Shown piece by piece: positions 21,573-32,978 of a DNA stretch of 64,000 bases. Positions within the stretch are counted from its first letter, which is position 1, and each line of letters begins with the position of its first letter. Source of the DNA: an uncultured Chloroflexia bacterium (GTDB lineage: Bacteria > Chloroflexota > Anaerolineae > B4-G1 > SLSP01). The notes under the pieces were generated by a model, which was given only the letters and a program-made list of their open reading frames with translations, was not told the origin of the DNA and ran no database searches. The translations under genes and the position numbers were made by a program. Where the stretch lies: assembly GCA_963751345.1 (NCBI GenBank), contig CAVVUS010000023.1, positions 32,001 to 96,000 on the forward strand. Direction: 5' to 3'.

Positions 21573-23375
21573 CTAATGAGTGGCCGGCTGTGGGACCGGC
21601 AACACCACGTGGAACCGGCTGCCGGGGAGTGCTTCCTCGTCGTGGCCCGGGCTCTCCGCCCAGATGTGACCGTCGTGGGCCTCCACGATACCGCGGGCGA
21701 CCGCCAAGCCCAATCCTGGACCGCCCCCCTTGAATTTGGTCTTGCCTGACGAGTGGAAAGTCACCTCGCCGGTTCGGTAGAATTTCGCGAAGATGAGCTC
21801 CAGGTACTCCTGCTCGATTCCGATGCCGGTATCGCTCACCACAATCTCGACGTAGTGGTCGCGACCATCGTGCTTCGGCGCCAATTCGCGACCCTCGACC
21901 GTGATCCGACCGCCGTCGGGTGTGTACTTGATGGCGTTGGTAAACAGCTCGCCGAAGGCCTTCGTCAGAGCTTCTGGGTCGACCCGGAGCTCGGGCAGCT
22001 CCGCTAGCCCGTTGAGTGTTAGCTGTAGATGACGCTCCTCCAGAATAGGTGCCAGGCGGTTGCGGAGGCTTGTCAGCAGCGCCGCGAGCGACACGGGGCG
22101 ACGGTGCAGTTGGAGCGTTCGGGTGTCAATACGCACGATATCGAGCATACTGTCGACGATGGCGTGAAGACGGGAGGCCCCGGTCACGATACCCTCGACC
22201 TCTCGGCTGCGTTCAGAATCCTCGGCAACCGCCGGATCGCCTAACAGCATCTGGCTGAAGCCGTTGATCAACGTCAGGGGAGTGCGCAGTTCGTGAGACA
22301 CGACCGTGATGAAATCAGACTTGTTACGGTCGAGTAGTTCGAGATGATGGTAAGCCGTTTTTAGTTGTTGGGTCCGCTCGTCAACCTCGCCCTCCAGGTG
22401 CTCGTTGAGGTGCTTCACCTCTGCGTAGAGCCGGGCATTGCGGATGGCCACGGCGATCTGGTCGGCAAGTGTGGTCAGGGCCGTCACGTCTTCTGCACCA
22501 AATGCATCGGGTATCTCACTCTGAATGTCCAGCGCCCCAAACAGCACATCCCCAAACCTCAGGGGTAGGGCAATCTCAGACCGGATATTCGGCAACAGGT
22601 CCGTGGCCATGTAGTGAGCATCGTGTAATGCATCGTTGGTCAGGTAAGCTGTCGCCGTGCGACACACGTGCGCGATAATACTACGGGGAGCATCCAGCGG
22701 AATGGCCCGCCCCGGCTCCCGGATTGGCGAGGGCGTCCCATATTGGCCTGCCCGCAAGACGATCGCATCTTGTCCATGTTCCTGGTCGATCATCCAGATG
22801 CCGGTAAAGAAGTAGCCGAATCGCTCGCGGATCAGGCTAAGGATCTCGACGAGCAATTGCTCTGCGTCCAGGATCGACGCAATCTGGTGGATGACCTCTG
22901 CACTGGTCTCGAGGCGCATCGTCTGCCTGTTGAGGGCGTGGTTCACGGTGTCGAGACGCTGGACGAGAGCCTGAAGCTCACTCCGCTGTCGATAGAGATC
23001 CAGGAAGACCTTGACTTTGCTCAAGAGGACCCGCGGAGATACGGGCTTGCTAAGGAAGTCGACGGCGCCGGTCTCGTATGGGCGAGTCGGATGGTTGATG
23101 TCCGGCTCGTGAGCACTGATGAAAATGATGGGAAGCGCAGTCGCCTCCGGCACACGGCGGATTGACTCGGCGAGGGCGTAGCCATCCATCCCTGGCATTC
23201 GCACGTCGAGGAGTGCGACAAAGAGATGCGGCTCGCGCTTGACGACTCCCAATGCTTCATCGCCCGAACCGGCCTCGATCACCTCAACGTTCAGGGTGCT
23301 GAGCGTGCGAGCGAGCATCCTGCGGTTTGCCGGCAGATCGTCCACGATCAGTACGCCGGGCAGGTTGTCACCCAT
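21573..23375 (-). CDS. Hybrid sensor kinase (REC-GAF-HisKA-HATPase)
   Basis: LIVDD, LLDVRMPGMDG, GAF (SEIALPL..GALDIQS), SHELRTPL, NAIKYT, DTGIGI, GLGLAV. Confidence 0.93.
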   Translation of the reverse strand: MGDNLPGVLIVDDLPANRRMLARTLSTLNVEVIEAGSGDEALGVVKREPHLFVALLDVRMPGMDGYALAESIRRVPEATALPIIFISAHEPDINHPTRPYETGAVDFLSKPVSPRVLLSKVKVFLDLYRQRSELQALVQRLDTVNHALNRQTMRLETSAEVIHQIASILDAEQLLVEILSLIRERFGYFFTGIWMIDQEHGQDAIVLRAGQYGTPSPIREPGRAIPLDAPRSIIAHVCRTATAYLTNDALHDAHYMATDLLPNIRSEIALPLRFGDVLFGALDIQSEIPDAFGAEDVTALTTLADQIAVAIRNARLYAEVKHLNEHLEGEVDERTQQLKTAYHHLELLDRNKSDFITVVSHELRTPLTLINGFSQMLLGDPAVAEDSERSREVEGIVTGASRLHAIVDSMLDIVRIDTRTLQLHRRPVSLAALLTSLRNRLAPILEERHLQLTLNGLAELPELRVDPEALTKAFGELFTNAIKYTPDGGRITVEGRELAPKHDGRDHYVEIVVSDTGIGIEQEYLELIFAKFYRTGEVTFHSSGKTKFKGGGPGLGLAVARGIVEAHDGHIWAESPGHDEEALPGSRFHVVLPVPQPATH

Positions 23376-23538
23376 TGCTCCATTATAAGTCAAGCTTGAT
23401 CGCGGACAACCCTCACACGCGACCTTGGTTAGCATGACGCTCGAAGCACTTCGGATTGACACCGTATGCGGTTCGGGTAAACTATGATTTTAGAGACGGA
23501 TATCGTCGAATCCCACGGGGCGGCAAAGGAGCGGAGCT

Positions 23539-25807
23539 ATGGAGATCGGTCACTATGAGAGAAGGCAGATTCCAACCCAGACACTGGGGTATCCCAGGAT
23601 CGGTAGAGACCGGGAGCTAAAGCGTGCCCTCGAAAGCTATTGGCGCGGGGATGCCGATGCTTCCTCGCTGATGAGGGTCTTCTGGGAGGTCGCGGAGGAT
23701 GGTTGGCGGGCGCAGATGGCGGCTGAGATCGACCTGGTCGGCGTTGGCGGCGAGACGCTCTATGATCACGTTCTGGATTGGGCGATTCGCTTCGATCTGA
23801 TCCCCGAGCGCTTTCGCGGGCTCGAAGGGCTGGACCGCACCTTCGCGATGGCCCGTGGCGCTCCCGGCATCGCTGCGCTCGAGATGACGAAGTGGTTCGA
23901 CACCAACTATCACTATCTGGTGCCGGAGATCGACGCAGACACGACGCCCGGACCCGCCTACGACGACTTCCTGCTGCTCGTGTCCCGGGCTCGCGGTGTC
24001 CTGGGAGACCGGGCTGTGCCGATAGTCCTGGGCCCGATCACGCTCCTGCGGCTCTCACGCCTCGACATTCCCTTCGACGAGGCCCTCGCGGCTTTGCTGC
24101 CGCTCTACCACCAACTGCTGTCATCCCTGGCCGATATGGGTGTCACGGAGGTCCAGATTCACGAGCCGATCCTCGTGTTGACCGGTGCGGAGGCGCTTCG
24201 TGAATCGGTGGAGGGCGCCTTCGCCGATCTGGCCGGTGCGTCGTTGGCGCTCAACTTGGTTACGTATTTCGATGACCTTGGGGAAAGCTTCCCATGGATT
24301 ACCCATCTGCCTGTGAAGGCTATCTCTCTGGACTTCACGCGCGGGGACAATGCTGCCCTGGTTCAGCGTTACGGTTGGCCCGCGGACAAGGTGCTCGCTG
24401 CGGGCGTGGTTGATGGTCGTAGCGTATGGAGGATTCGCCCCAATGAGGTCTCCGACCTCATTGCAGACCTTGAGCGCGCCTTGGCTGCCGGCCAGGGTGC
24501 CGGCCTGAGAATCGGTGCGTCCTCGTCGCTTCAGTTCGTGCCCTACACAACGATCCCAGAGACACGATTGGCCGATGAGCTTCGCGGCGTCCTCGCATTC
24601 GCAGACGAAAAGCTGGGCGAGCTGCGTTCGCTTGCCCGCAGCGACTTGGCGAGTGCGGATGCGGCGTGGTCGGTCTTCAATGCCTTTGCGCCGGCCGATG
24701 AGATCGTTCAGGCCAGTATCGCGGCGCTGCGTCCCGCCGATTTCGAGCGCGCGCTCACGTATCGAGAACGACGTCCACGTCAGGTCTCGCTCCCGCTTTT
24801 CCCCATGACCACCATCGGCTCCTTCCCGCAGACTCGTGAGGTGCGTCGCTTGCGCGCGCAGGTACCGCCGGGGCGAGATCACCGAGGCCGCGTATGAGGC
24901 GGGTATTGACGCGTTCATCGCATATGCGGTCGGTGCACAGGATGGGTTGGGTCTCGACATGCTCGTCCACGGCGAGTTCGAGCGCACCGACATGGTCGAG
25001 TACTTCGCGCAGAAGCTTACCGGGTTCGCCTTCACGGAGCACGGTTGGGTACAAAGCTTCGGCAGCCGGTGCGTCCGCCCGCCCATTATCTATGCCGATA
25101 TCACCCGGCCCGCGCCGATGACGGTACGGGAGTTCGCCGTGGCCCAGTCTTTCACAGAAAAGCCGGTCAAGGGCATGCTCACTGGCCCCGTGACCATCAT
25201 CAACTGGTCCTACCCGCGAGTCGACATCCCCCATCGGCAGATCGCCTACCAACTCGCCCTGGCGCTGCGCGATGAGATCGCGGATCTGGAGGCGGCCGGC
25301 GCGCGGGCGGTCCAGGTGGACGAGCCTGCCCTGCGTGAGGGGTTGCCTCTCAAGCGGGAGCGCTGGGAATCCTATCTGGGGTGGGCCATCGACAGCTTTC
25401 GGCTGGCTACCGGTCGGGCCAACCCGGAGACTCAGGTGCACACGCACATGTGCTATTCCGAGTTCGGCGAGATCCTGGAGGCCATCGATCGCCTGGATGC
25501 CGACGTGATCTCCATCGAGAACGCCCGGAGCGACGACGCGACGCTCGGGGAGTTGGCGGCCTACGGATATCCCCGGGAGGTCGGCCCTGGGGTGTACGAT
25601 ATCCACAGCCCGGTGGTGCCAACCGAGGCATTTGTCGAGGAGAAACTCCGCTCGTTTCTGCGTCACCTGGATCCCGAGCGAATCTGGGTCAATCCGGACT
25701 GCGGGCTGAAAACACGAACCTGGGCGGAAGTGCTCCCCTCGCTGCAGCATATGGTCGAGGCTGTGCGCACAGTCCGGGCTGCCGTCATGGCGCAGCGCGC
25801 CGGCTGA
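23539..25807 (+). CDS. metE: Cobalamin-independent methionine synthase (frameshift ~24865)
   Basis: [61 protein letters not shown]. Confidence 0.95.
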
Positions 25808-25824
25808 GGCCGGACGGATCTGTG

Positions 25825-27676
25825 ATGGCAGAGCGTTTCTTGGACAGACTCGACCGGGCAGCGGTACCGTTGCTCGCAGACGGCGCGATGGGTACGATGC
25901 TCAATGCGCACGGCATTGCGTTCAGCACCTGTTTTGATGCGTTGAACGTGTCACAGCCCGCGTCGGTGGCGGAGGTCCATCGGGCCTACATCGACGCCGG
26001 CTCGGATCTCATCCTCACCAATACCTTTGGTGCCAACCGGTACAAACTCACCGAGCATGGGCTGGCGGATCAGGTCGCCGAGATCAACCGGGCCGGTGTA
26101 GCCCTGGCTCACCGCATCGTGGCGGCTGCATTCAGGGATGTGCTCGTCGCGGGTGACATCGGTCCCCTTGGCGTTCGACTCGCGCCCTACGGGCGTGTGC
26201 AGCGATCTCAGGCCCGCGAGGCTTTTGCCGAGCAGACTCGGGCGCTGGCAGAGGCAGGGGTCGATCTGATCGTAATCGAGACGATGACGGATCTGCAGGA
26301 GACCCTGGCGGCCGTACGGGCAGTGCATGATGTCTGCGATCTGCCGGTCGTCGCCTCGATGACCTTTACCCGAGATGACCGGACGCTGCTTGGCGATGCG
26401 CCTGCTACCATTGCCCGGCGACTGTCGGCCGAGGGAGTTGACATCATCGGGGTCAACTGCTCGAGTGGGCCGGTGCAATTGCTGCGGATCGTTGACCAGA
26501 TGCGCAGCGCGGTCCCGGACGGCCGGTTCTGGGTGAAACCCAACGCCGGATGGCCGGAGCAAGTCGCCGGGCGGATCCGGTATCCGGCCACCCCCGATTA
26601 CTTCGGCGACTATGCCTGGGCCTTCGTCAAGGCCGGGGCCGACGTAGTTGGCGGGTGCTGCGGTACCACGCCGGCGCACATTGCTGCAATGCGGTCCGCC
26701 CTGGATGCCGGTATGCCGGCATCGGTCCACGTCGTAACAGATATCTCCCCGCAGCACTCCGTTGGGATGGATATCGCACCTGACCAGCCTTCGGTACTGT
26801 CGCAGAAGCTGGAACACGGTGACTTCGTGATGGCGGTGGAGATGGATCCGCCACGGGGGCTGGCCACGCATAGGCTGCTGGCCGCGGCGACGGTACTACA
26901 GGAGGCCGGGGCTGATGTGATCAACGTGGCTGACAGCCCTATGGCCCGCATGCGGATGAGCCCCTGGGCCGTGTGCGCCCTCATCCAGGACAAGCTTGGG
27001 ATCGAGACGACGCTCCACTTCCCCACCCGTGGGCGGAATGTGCTCCGCGTGCAGGGAGATCTCCTTGCCGCGCATGCACTTGGCGTCCGCAACGTCTTCG
27101 TCGTGATGGGGGACCCGACCGCCATCGGCGACTACCCCGAGGCAATGGACGATTATGACGTCGTGCCTTCCGGTCTGATCAAGCTCATCAAGCAGGGGTT
27201 TAACGTCGGCGTGGATCACGCGGGAAGCGACATCGGCCAGCCCACGGCTTTCTCGGTGGGCGCGGCGCTAAACCTGGTGCCGGACGACGTATCCCGCGAG
27301 GTCAAAGTCACGCGTCGGAAAGTGTTGGCCGGCGCCGATTTCTTTCTGACGCAGCCCGTCTATGACCTGGCGGCGGCTCGAGGCTTGCTCCAAGCATACG
27401 AGGCGCGCTATGGCGCCCTGGACGTGCCGGTGCTGGTCGGTATCCTGCCGCTCTACGGCGTGCGGCACGCCCGGTTCCTCAACAACGAGGTACCGGGCAT
27501 CGACATCGCCCCGGAGATCCTCGACCGCCTGGATGCAGCGGGCGAGGACGCGCCCCACGAGGGCGTCCGCATCGCGCTGGAGCTGATCGAACGCCTGCGC
27601 GAGTGGGGGCAGGGGTCTACCTGATGCCCGCGTTCAACCGGTACGATCTCGCGGCCGAGGTATCGAAGGCAGCTAG
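25825..27676 (+). CDS. yitJ: Bifunctional homocysteine S-methyltransferase / methylenetetrahydrofolate reductase (3' end approximate, frameshifted)
   Basis: LADGAMGT, TNTFGAN, GVNCS, GGCCGTTP, then MTHFR-like VADSPMARMRM, FFLTQPVY, GVYLMPAF. Confidence 0.88.
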
Positions 27677-27698
27677 GGAGGGGGAGAGGGAAGCGAAA

Positions 27699-27778
27699 CG
27701 CAGAGGCGCACAGCACTCCGGAGTCGCGCTCTGGGTGTTCTCCCTCGTATTTTTGCTCTGCGTCTCCGCGCCTCTGCG
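27699..27778. repeat. Intergenic inverted-repeat element
   Basis: CGCAGAGGCGC (27699-27709) ... GCGCCTCTGCG (27768-27778) between convergent genes. Confidence 0.6.
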
Positions 27779-27807
27779 CTGTTTTCTGCGTTATGGGATG
27801 GTGTGGC

Positions 27808-28095
27808 TCACCGGCCCGTGACGCGATAGTGGAGCCAGAGGTAGCCGTTGGGCTGCGGGGTAGCGGAAAGCAGCTCCAAGATGGCAGGTCGGTCGTCGGG
27901 GCCGAGGTCGGCGCAGTCGGCGAGGGTGGGGGTGCGGTCCCCGCCGTTGAGAGTCGGCTGGAGGATGAGGTGGATCTCGTCGATAAGCCCGGCGCGGAGC
28001 ATGACCCCGTTGAGGGTGCCGCCGCCCCAGAGTCGGAGCACCCGGATGCCCAGTTTCGCGGTGAGCTTGCGCATGGCTCCCGGCAGGTCCGCGTG
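27808..28095 (-). pseudogene. C-terminal fragment of a RibD_C/dihydrofolate reductase-like protein
   Basis: DLPGAMRKL..GIRVLRLWGGGTLNGVMLRAGLIDEIHL; N-terminal half absent. Confidence 0.65.
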
Positions 28096-28114
28096 GAACC
28101 GACAACTGACAACG

Positions 28115-30847
28115 TTAACTGTTGTTTGAAGCATCTCGCGGAGCAGGTCCGGTACCTTTGCCAGCGCCTCGGGGAGCTTCGTTGCATCGCCCGCCGGCTT
28201 GGGCCATGTCAGGGCGACCCCCGCCGCCGCCGCCGACCATCTGGGCCAGGGACCGAACCAGGTTGCCTGCATGGATGCCTCGAGACTTCGATAGCTCCGG
28301 GGTCGTCGCCGCAATCAGCAGGGGCCTGTCGTCGACGACAGTACCCAGAACGACGACGCCGCCTGGAACCTTGTCGCGGAACCAGTCGGCCATCTCGCGC
28401 AGCGTGTCGGCATCGGGCACGTTGACCTGGGCGGTCAGGACCGGAATGCCCTCGACCTCGCGGACGTCGTCAAGAAGCGCCTGGAAGTCGGCCCGCGCCA
28501 GGCGCCGTGTGAGCTGCTCGGCCTCTCTCTGAGCCGCCTTCAGGTTGTCCTGAAGACGTGATACGCGGTCGGCGACTTCGTCGGGGGAGCAGGCCAGCGA
28601 TGATGCAGCCCGCTCCTGCAGGCCACGCATGCGCTGGATCGCCGCGAGCGCGCCGCGGCCCGTGGCGGCCTCAATGCGCCGAATGCCGGCCCCGATTCCG
28701 CTCTCGGTGAGAATCAGGAAAGGCCCGATATCCCCGGTCCGGTCCACATGGGTGCCGCCGCATAGTTCCTGGCTGAACGGCGCCTCTTCCGGGCCCACCC
28801 GCATCACGCGGACGACGTTCCCGTACTTCTCCTCGAAGAGGGCGATCACGCCCTGTTTGAGGGCATCGCGGTAACTCTCCTGCCGGGCATTCACTTCGTA
28901 GTTAGCCAGGATCGCATCCGTGACGATGCGCTCGATCTGCGCACGCTGCTCGGGCGTCATCGCCGCATCGTGGTTGTAGTCGAAACGCAGGCGGTCCGGG
29001 GCGACGACCGATCCTGCCTGCTGGACGTGGCTTCCCAACACGTCCCTAAGTCCTCGATGGAGGAGGTGGGTCGCCGTGTGGTTTCGCATAATGTCCCACC
29101 GGCGCTCTCGATCGACTGTGGCAATAACCTTGTCGCCTACCCTTGGCCGCCCGCGATCGACGTGTCCCACGTGGACGACCAGGCCTTCCGTTGGGCGACG
29201 GGTATCGGTGACCGTGACCTCCCAGTCGGGACCGGCGATACGACCCGTGTCGGATACCTGCCCACCGGACTCCACGTAGAAGCACGTCGTGGTGAGGGCG
29301 AGTTCGACGTCATCCCCCTCGTGGGCTTCGGTCACGATCTCACCGTCGTCAAGCATACCCACGAGACGCGCCTCGACCTCCATCTGCTCGTAGGGGTCGT
29401 AGGTCAGTGGCTGATTTGGCGACTGTGTGGCAATCCACTCGAGCAACACGGGATAGAGCTGCGCGCGGGTGTCATCCTCCATCGCAAAGGTCCCCGCTGC
29501 GCGTCCACGCGCACGCTGGACTTCTCGCTCTCGGTGGTAGCCCACCGCGTCCACCCGCAACCCATGCTCCTCGACGATATCGCGTGTGACCTCGAAGGGC
29601 AGACCCAGGGTGTCGTGCAAGAAAAATGCCTGTTCGCCCGCGATGATCGTCTCGCCCCGTGCCTTGGCCTGGGCGATGATGTCGTCGAGTCGGGCAAGAC
29701 CCTGGTCGAGCGTCCGCAGGAAGCGGCGCTCCTCACCGAGAATCGTGGCCTTGATGAAGTCGGCGCGAGCCGGCAGCTCGGGAAAGACGTGGCCCATACC
29801 CTCGATCACGATATCGGCCAGGGATGTCATAAAGGGCTGCGTGAATCCCAGGGTCCGCCCGAAACGTACCGCGCGCCGCAACACCATGCGCAGCACGTAG
29901 CCGCGCCCATCGTTGGCCGGCATCACGCCATCGCCGATCAGGAACGTCACCGCACGAACGTGATCGGCGATCACGCGGTAGGGCACGATATTTGCTTCTC
30001 TCTCGGCATCCGTCCGTCCCGCCATCGCCTGGACTCGGGCGATGATGGGCCAGAACAAGTCAGTTCGATAGTTGGAGCCTTTCCTCTGGAGCAGGGCGAC
30101 AAGCCGCTCGAATCCCATCCCCGTGTCGATGTGCTTGGCCGGAAGGTCTTCGAGCTGACCGGAAGCGTCGCGGTTGTATTGGATGAAGACGAGGTTCCAG
30201 ATCTCCGTGAACCTGGCACAATCGCCGTTCACCTGGCATACGTGGCCCTCTACGTCTTGCATATCGCACGCTTCGGGGCCGCGATCGTAGTGGATCTCGC
30301 TGCACGGGCCGCACGGGCCGGTATCGCCCATCTCCCAGAAGTTGTCCTTGCGGCCGAAGGGTAGAATGTGGTCGGGGGCGATGCTGGTCTCGTCGCGCCA
30401 GAAAGCCGCCGCGTCCGCGTCGAGCCCCAGATCGCCGGTGTCGTCCTCGAAGACCGTAGCCCATAGCCGACTGCCGTCCAATTCGTAGACCTTTGTCAGG
30501 AGATCCCACGCCCACGTGATGGCCTCGCGCTTGTAGTAGTCGCCGAACGACCAATTCCCGAGCATCTCGAAGAACGTGTGATGCGTCCCGTCCCGCCCTA
30601 CGTCTTCGAGGTCGTTGTGCTTGCCCGCCACCCGCATGCATTTCTGGGTGTCGGCGGCCCGCGTGTAGGGGCGCGTGCCCGTCGCCAGGAAGACGTCCTT
30701 GAACTGATTCATGCCCGCGTTGGTGAACAGCAGGGTGGGGTCGTCTTGCGGCACAAGGCTGGCGCTGGGCACGATGGTGTGGCCGCGCTCCTTGAAGTAG
30801 TCCAGAAAGGACTGGCGAATCTCGTCACTGGTCCACGTCTTGGTCAT
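28115..30847 (-). CDS. alaS: Alanine--tRNA ligase (frameshift ~28190; stop position approximate)
   Basis: LLFTNAGMNQFK, HHTFFEMLGNWSFGDY, NHTATHLLH, ELCGGTHV, GGGGGRPDMAQAGG. Confidence 0.97.
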   Translation of the reverse strand: MTKTWTSDEIRQSFLDYFKERGHTIVPSASLVPQDDPTLLFTNAGMNQFKDVFLATGTRPYTRAADTQKCMRVAGKHNDLEDVGRDGTHHTFFEMLGNWSFGDYYKREAITWAWDLLTKVYELDGSRLWATVFEDDTGDLGLDADAAAFWRDETSIAPDHILPFGRKDNFWEMGDTGPCGPCSEIHYDRGPEACDMQDVEGHVCQVNGDCARFTEIWNLVFIQYNRDASGQLEDLPAKHIDTGMGFERLVALLQRKGSNYRTDLFWPIIARVQAMAGRTDAEREANIVPYRVIADHVRAVTFLIGDGVMPANDGRGYVLRMVLRRAVRFGRTLGFTQPFMTSLADIVIEGMGHVFPELPARADFIKATILGEERRFLRTLDQGLARLDDIIAQAKARGETIIAGEQAFFLHDTLGLPFEVTRDIVEEHGLRVDAVGYHREREVQRARGRAAGTFAMEDDTRAQLYPVLLEWIATQSPNQPLTYDPYEQMEVEARLVGMLDDGEIVTEAHEGDDVELALTTTCFYVESGGQVSDTGRIAGPDWEVTVTDTRRPTEGLVVHVGHVDRGRPRVGDKVIATVDRERRWDIMRNHTATHLLHRGLRDVLGSHVQQAGSVVAPDRLRFDYNHDAAMTPEQRAQIERIVTDAILANYEVNARQESYRDALKQGVIALFEEKYGNVVRVMRVGPEEAPFSQELCGGTHVDRTGDIGPFLILTESGIGAGIRRIEAATGRGALAAIQRMRGLQERAASSLACSPDEVADRVSRLQDNLKAAQREAEQLTRRLARADFQALLDDVREVEGIPVLTAQVNVPDADTLREMADWFRDKVPGGVVVLGTVVDDRPLLIAATTPELSKSRGIHAGNLVRSLAQMVGGGGGGRPDMAQAGGRCNEAPRGAGKGTGPAPRDASNNS

Positions 30848-30991
30848 GCAATCTCCTCACGCTACTTCTATGTGAACGCGCATTGTAGCGCAACAGCCCC
30901 TCTAGTCAACCGCGCTTGCGCAGCACGCCGGACACACTATACTGGTGTCCATGTGCAAGCTGCTCGCGATCCTCATGGTGAGGAGGTCCTG

Positions 30992-31873
30992 ATGCCGCAG
31001 ATACCGGCCCAATACCTCCCTGTCATCATGAAGTCCCTGTCAACCCTCGTCGTAATCGCCGTGGCTGTCATCCTCTCCAGGGCTGTGCGTCGGGTGTTGC
31101 GCGGTCGTATGCAGGATTCGCCGAACGTGCGTACTGTCTACGCACTGGGGAGGAACGCCGTATTCTTCCTCGCCGCTGTGATCGTGTTAATGATCTGGTT
31201 GGGACAGGGCAGCAGCTTCACGGTCGCGATGGGCATTCTCGGCGCGGGAATCGCATTCGCTTCACAGGAGACGATCGGATCGTTCGCGGGCTATCTCTAT
31301 GTCGTCATTGGTAATATCTACAGGATCGGGGACCGCGTCCGGGTGGGCAACGTGATCGGCGACGTCTTGGATATCGGCATGCTCCGCACGACGCTGATGG
31401 AGGTCGGTGAGTGGGTCAGGGCGGAGCAGTATACCGGGCGGGTCGTGTCGATCGCAAATCGCGCGGTCTTTGCCGACCCTGTGTTCAACTACACCGAGCA
31501 CTGGCCATATCTCTGGGATGAGATCATGCTTCCCATCACGTATAACAGTGATTGGCGGCGAGCCCAGGAGATCATGCTGGCACATGCCGGCGAGTATACC
31601 GATCGCTTCCAGGACACCGCAGAGGCTCAGTTGCGCCGCATGATGCTGCGCTATCCGGTCTATGCTACGAGCGTTGCGCCCAGTCTTTACCTGGTTATGA
31701 CCGACAACTGGATTGAGATGACGCTTCGCTATGTCGTGGACCCGCGTGAGCGTCGTTCCGTCAGAGCTCAGTTGCACCACGAACTCCTGATCCACTTCGA
31801 GGAGGAACCATCCATTACAGTAGCGTCCGCCACTTTCGATATCGTGGGATTCCCACCCCTGCAGCGCGAATGA
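30992..31873 (+). CDS. mscS: Small-conductance mechanosensitive channel
   Basis: TM helices, GILGAGIAFASQ, YRIGDRVRVGNVIGDV; GAGGAGG RBS. Confidence 0.88.
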   Translation: MPQIPAQYLPVIMKSLSTLVVIAVAVILSRAVRRVLRGRMQDSPNVRTVYALGRNAVFFLAAVIVLMIWLGQGSSFTVAMGILGAGIAFASQETIGSFAGYLYVVIGNIYRIGDRVRVGNVIGDVLDIGMLRTTLMEVGEWVRAEQYTGRVVSIANRAVFADPVFNYTEHWPYLWDEIMLPITYNSDWRRAQEIMLAHAGEYTDRFQDTAEAQLRRMMLRYPVYATSVAPSLYLVMTDNWIEMTLRYVVDPRERRSVRAQLHHELLIHFEEEPSITVASATFDIVGFPPLQRE

Positions 31874-32914
31874 CGTCTTCTGCCCTGGCCGCGGCTACAC
31901 GGTTAGCCGCGTGCCTTACGGATCTACGGAAGCACAGGCCAGGTGTATTGGCGCGCCATGCCCCGTTGCTATTCGCTGCGGCTGTGGCGATGATTGCGCT
32001 TGGCCTTTCCGGCTGTGGGGTGGCCACACCAAGTCCGACGCCCACGCTGACCAGCACGCCGCTGCCAACAGTTACCCCGCTGCCGACCTGGACACCCACG
32101 CCGGTGCCGACGGCCACGCCCATCCCCCCTGCGGAGATCCGGATCCTGTGGCCTGACCAAGTCTCGCCGCTGGCAGCCCGTGCCCATCGAGGCTGAGTTT
32201 GTGCCGCCTCCCGGCGTGAATGCGGCCGCGCGCATTGGCGCCACGGTGATGGATCCGGAGGCCCAAGTGTACGCGTCGTTCTCGCTTTCCGAGCGTGATG
32301 GCAACGTCTACCGGTCTCCAGAGCTGCTGCAGCTTCCGCTTGAGCCGCTCTCGGGCTACTGGTGGCTAATCGTCCACGTGGATTCCGGGCTGCAGGTCGT
32401 AGGCGATCCGGCTCTCTTCTTTGGGGTCGACCCGGTCGTCTTCCGCGACCTGACCGGCACACTTCCGAGTGCCGTGACGATGCAGGTGCCTGTCGGCTTC
32501 GACGAGGTTGTGGCTCAGGGAGATCCCTGGGCCGGGGGACGCGTCTGGGCGCATGGTGGGGGCGAAGTAGCGCTCTGGTGGGCCCCGGGGCCGACAGAGG
32601 ATCTCGCCGTGAGTAACGCGCTCGCCATCCTGGAGTCGACTTATGCCGCGGACCCCCGAGGGAGTGACCCGCCGACAGTGTCGGAGTTTCTGCCAATCGA
32701 CTGGCAAGGGCGGCCCGGCTTCGCGTTTCCCGAGACGTGGCCAGGCTCGGGCGGTGGACCCGGTCGCGCCTGGGTAATACAGGGTCCGGACTACTGGCTC
32801 TATGTCCTGCGGGTAAGGGGAACGGGAATCGACCACATTCCCTCGCTCAACGAGGCCGTGGCGGAGACGTTTGCGCTTGAAAACGTTAACACGTTAACGT
32901 TGGTTAGTTCCTGA
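31870..32914 (+). CDS. Hypothetical lipoprotein with PT-rich linker (frameshift ~32180)
   Basis: Hydrophobic stretch, LSGC lipobox, PTPT repeats; continues in ORF 32180..32914. Confidence 0.6.
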
Positions 32915-32978
32915 ACCTGCAAACGTGCTAACGTTCAAACGTTCTAACGCATCATCTATTCTAGGGAGGGATATATCT

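Noticed and set aside
23400-23538. SAM or cobalamin riboswitch before metE
   Set aside because: Leader after the TTGACA-N16-TAAACT promoter is only about 55 nt and shows no consensus motifs
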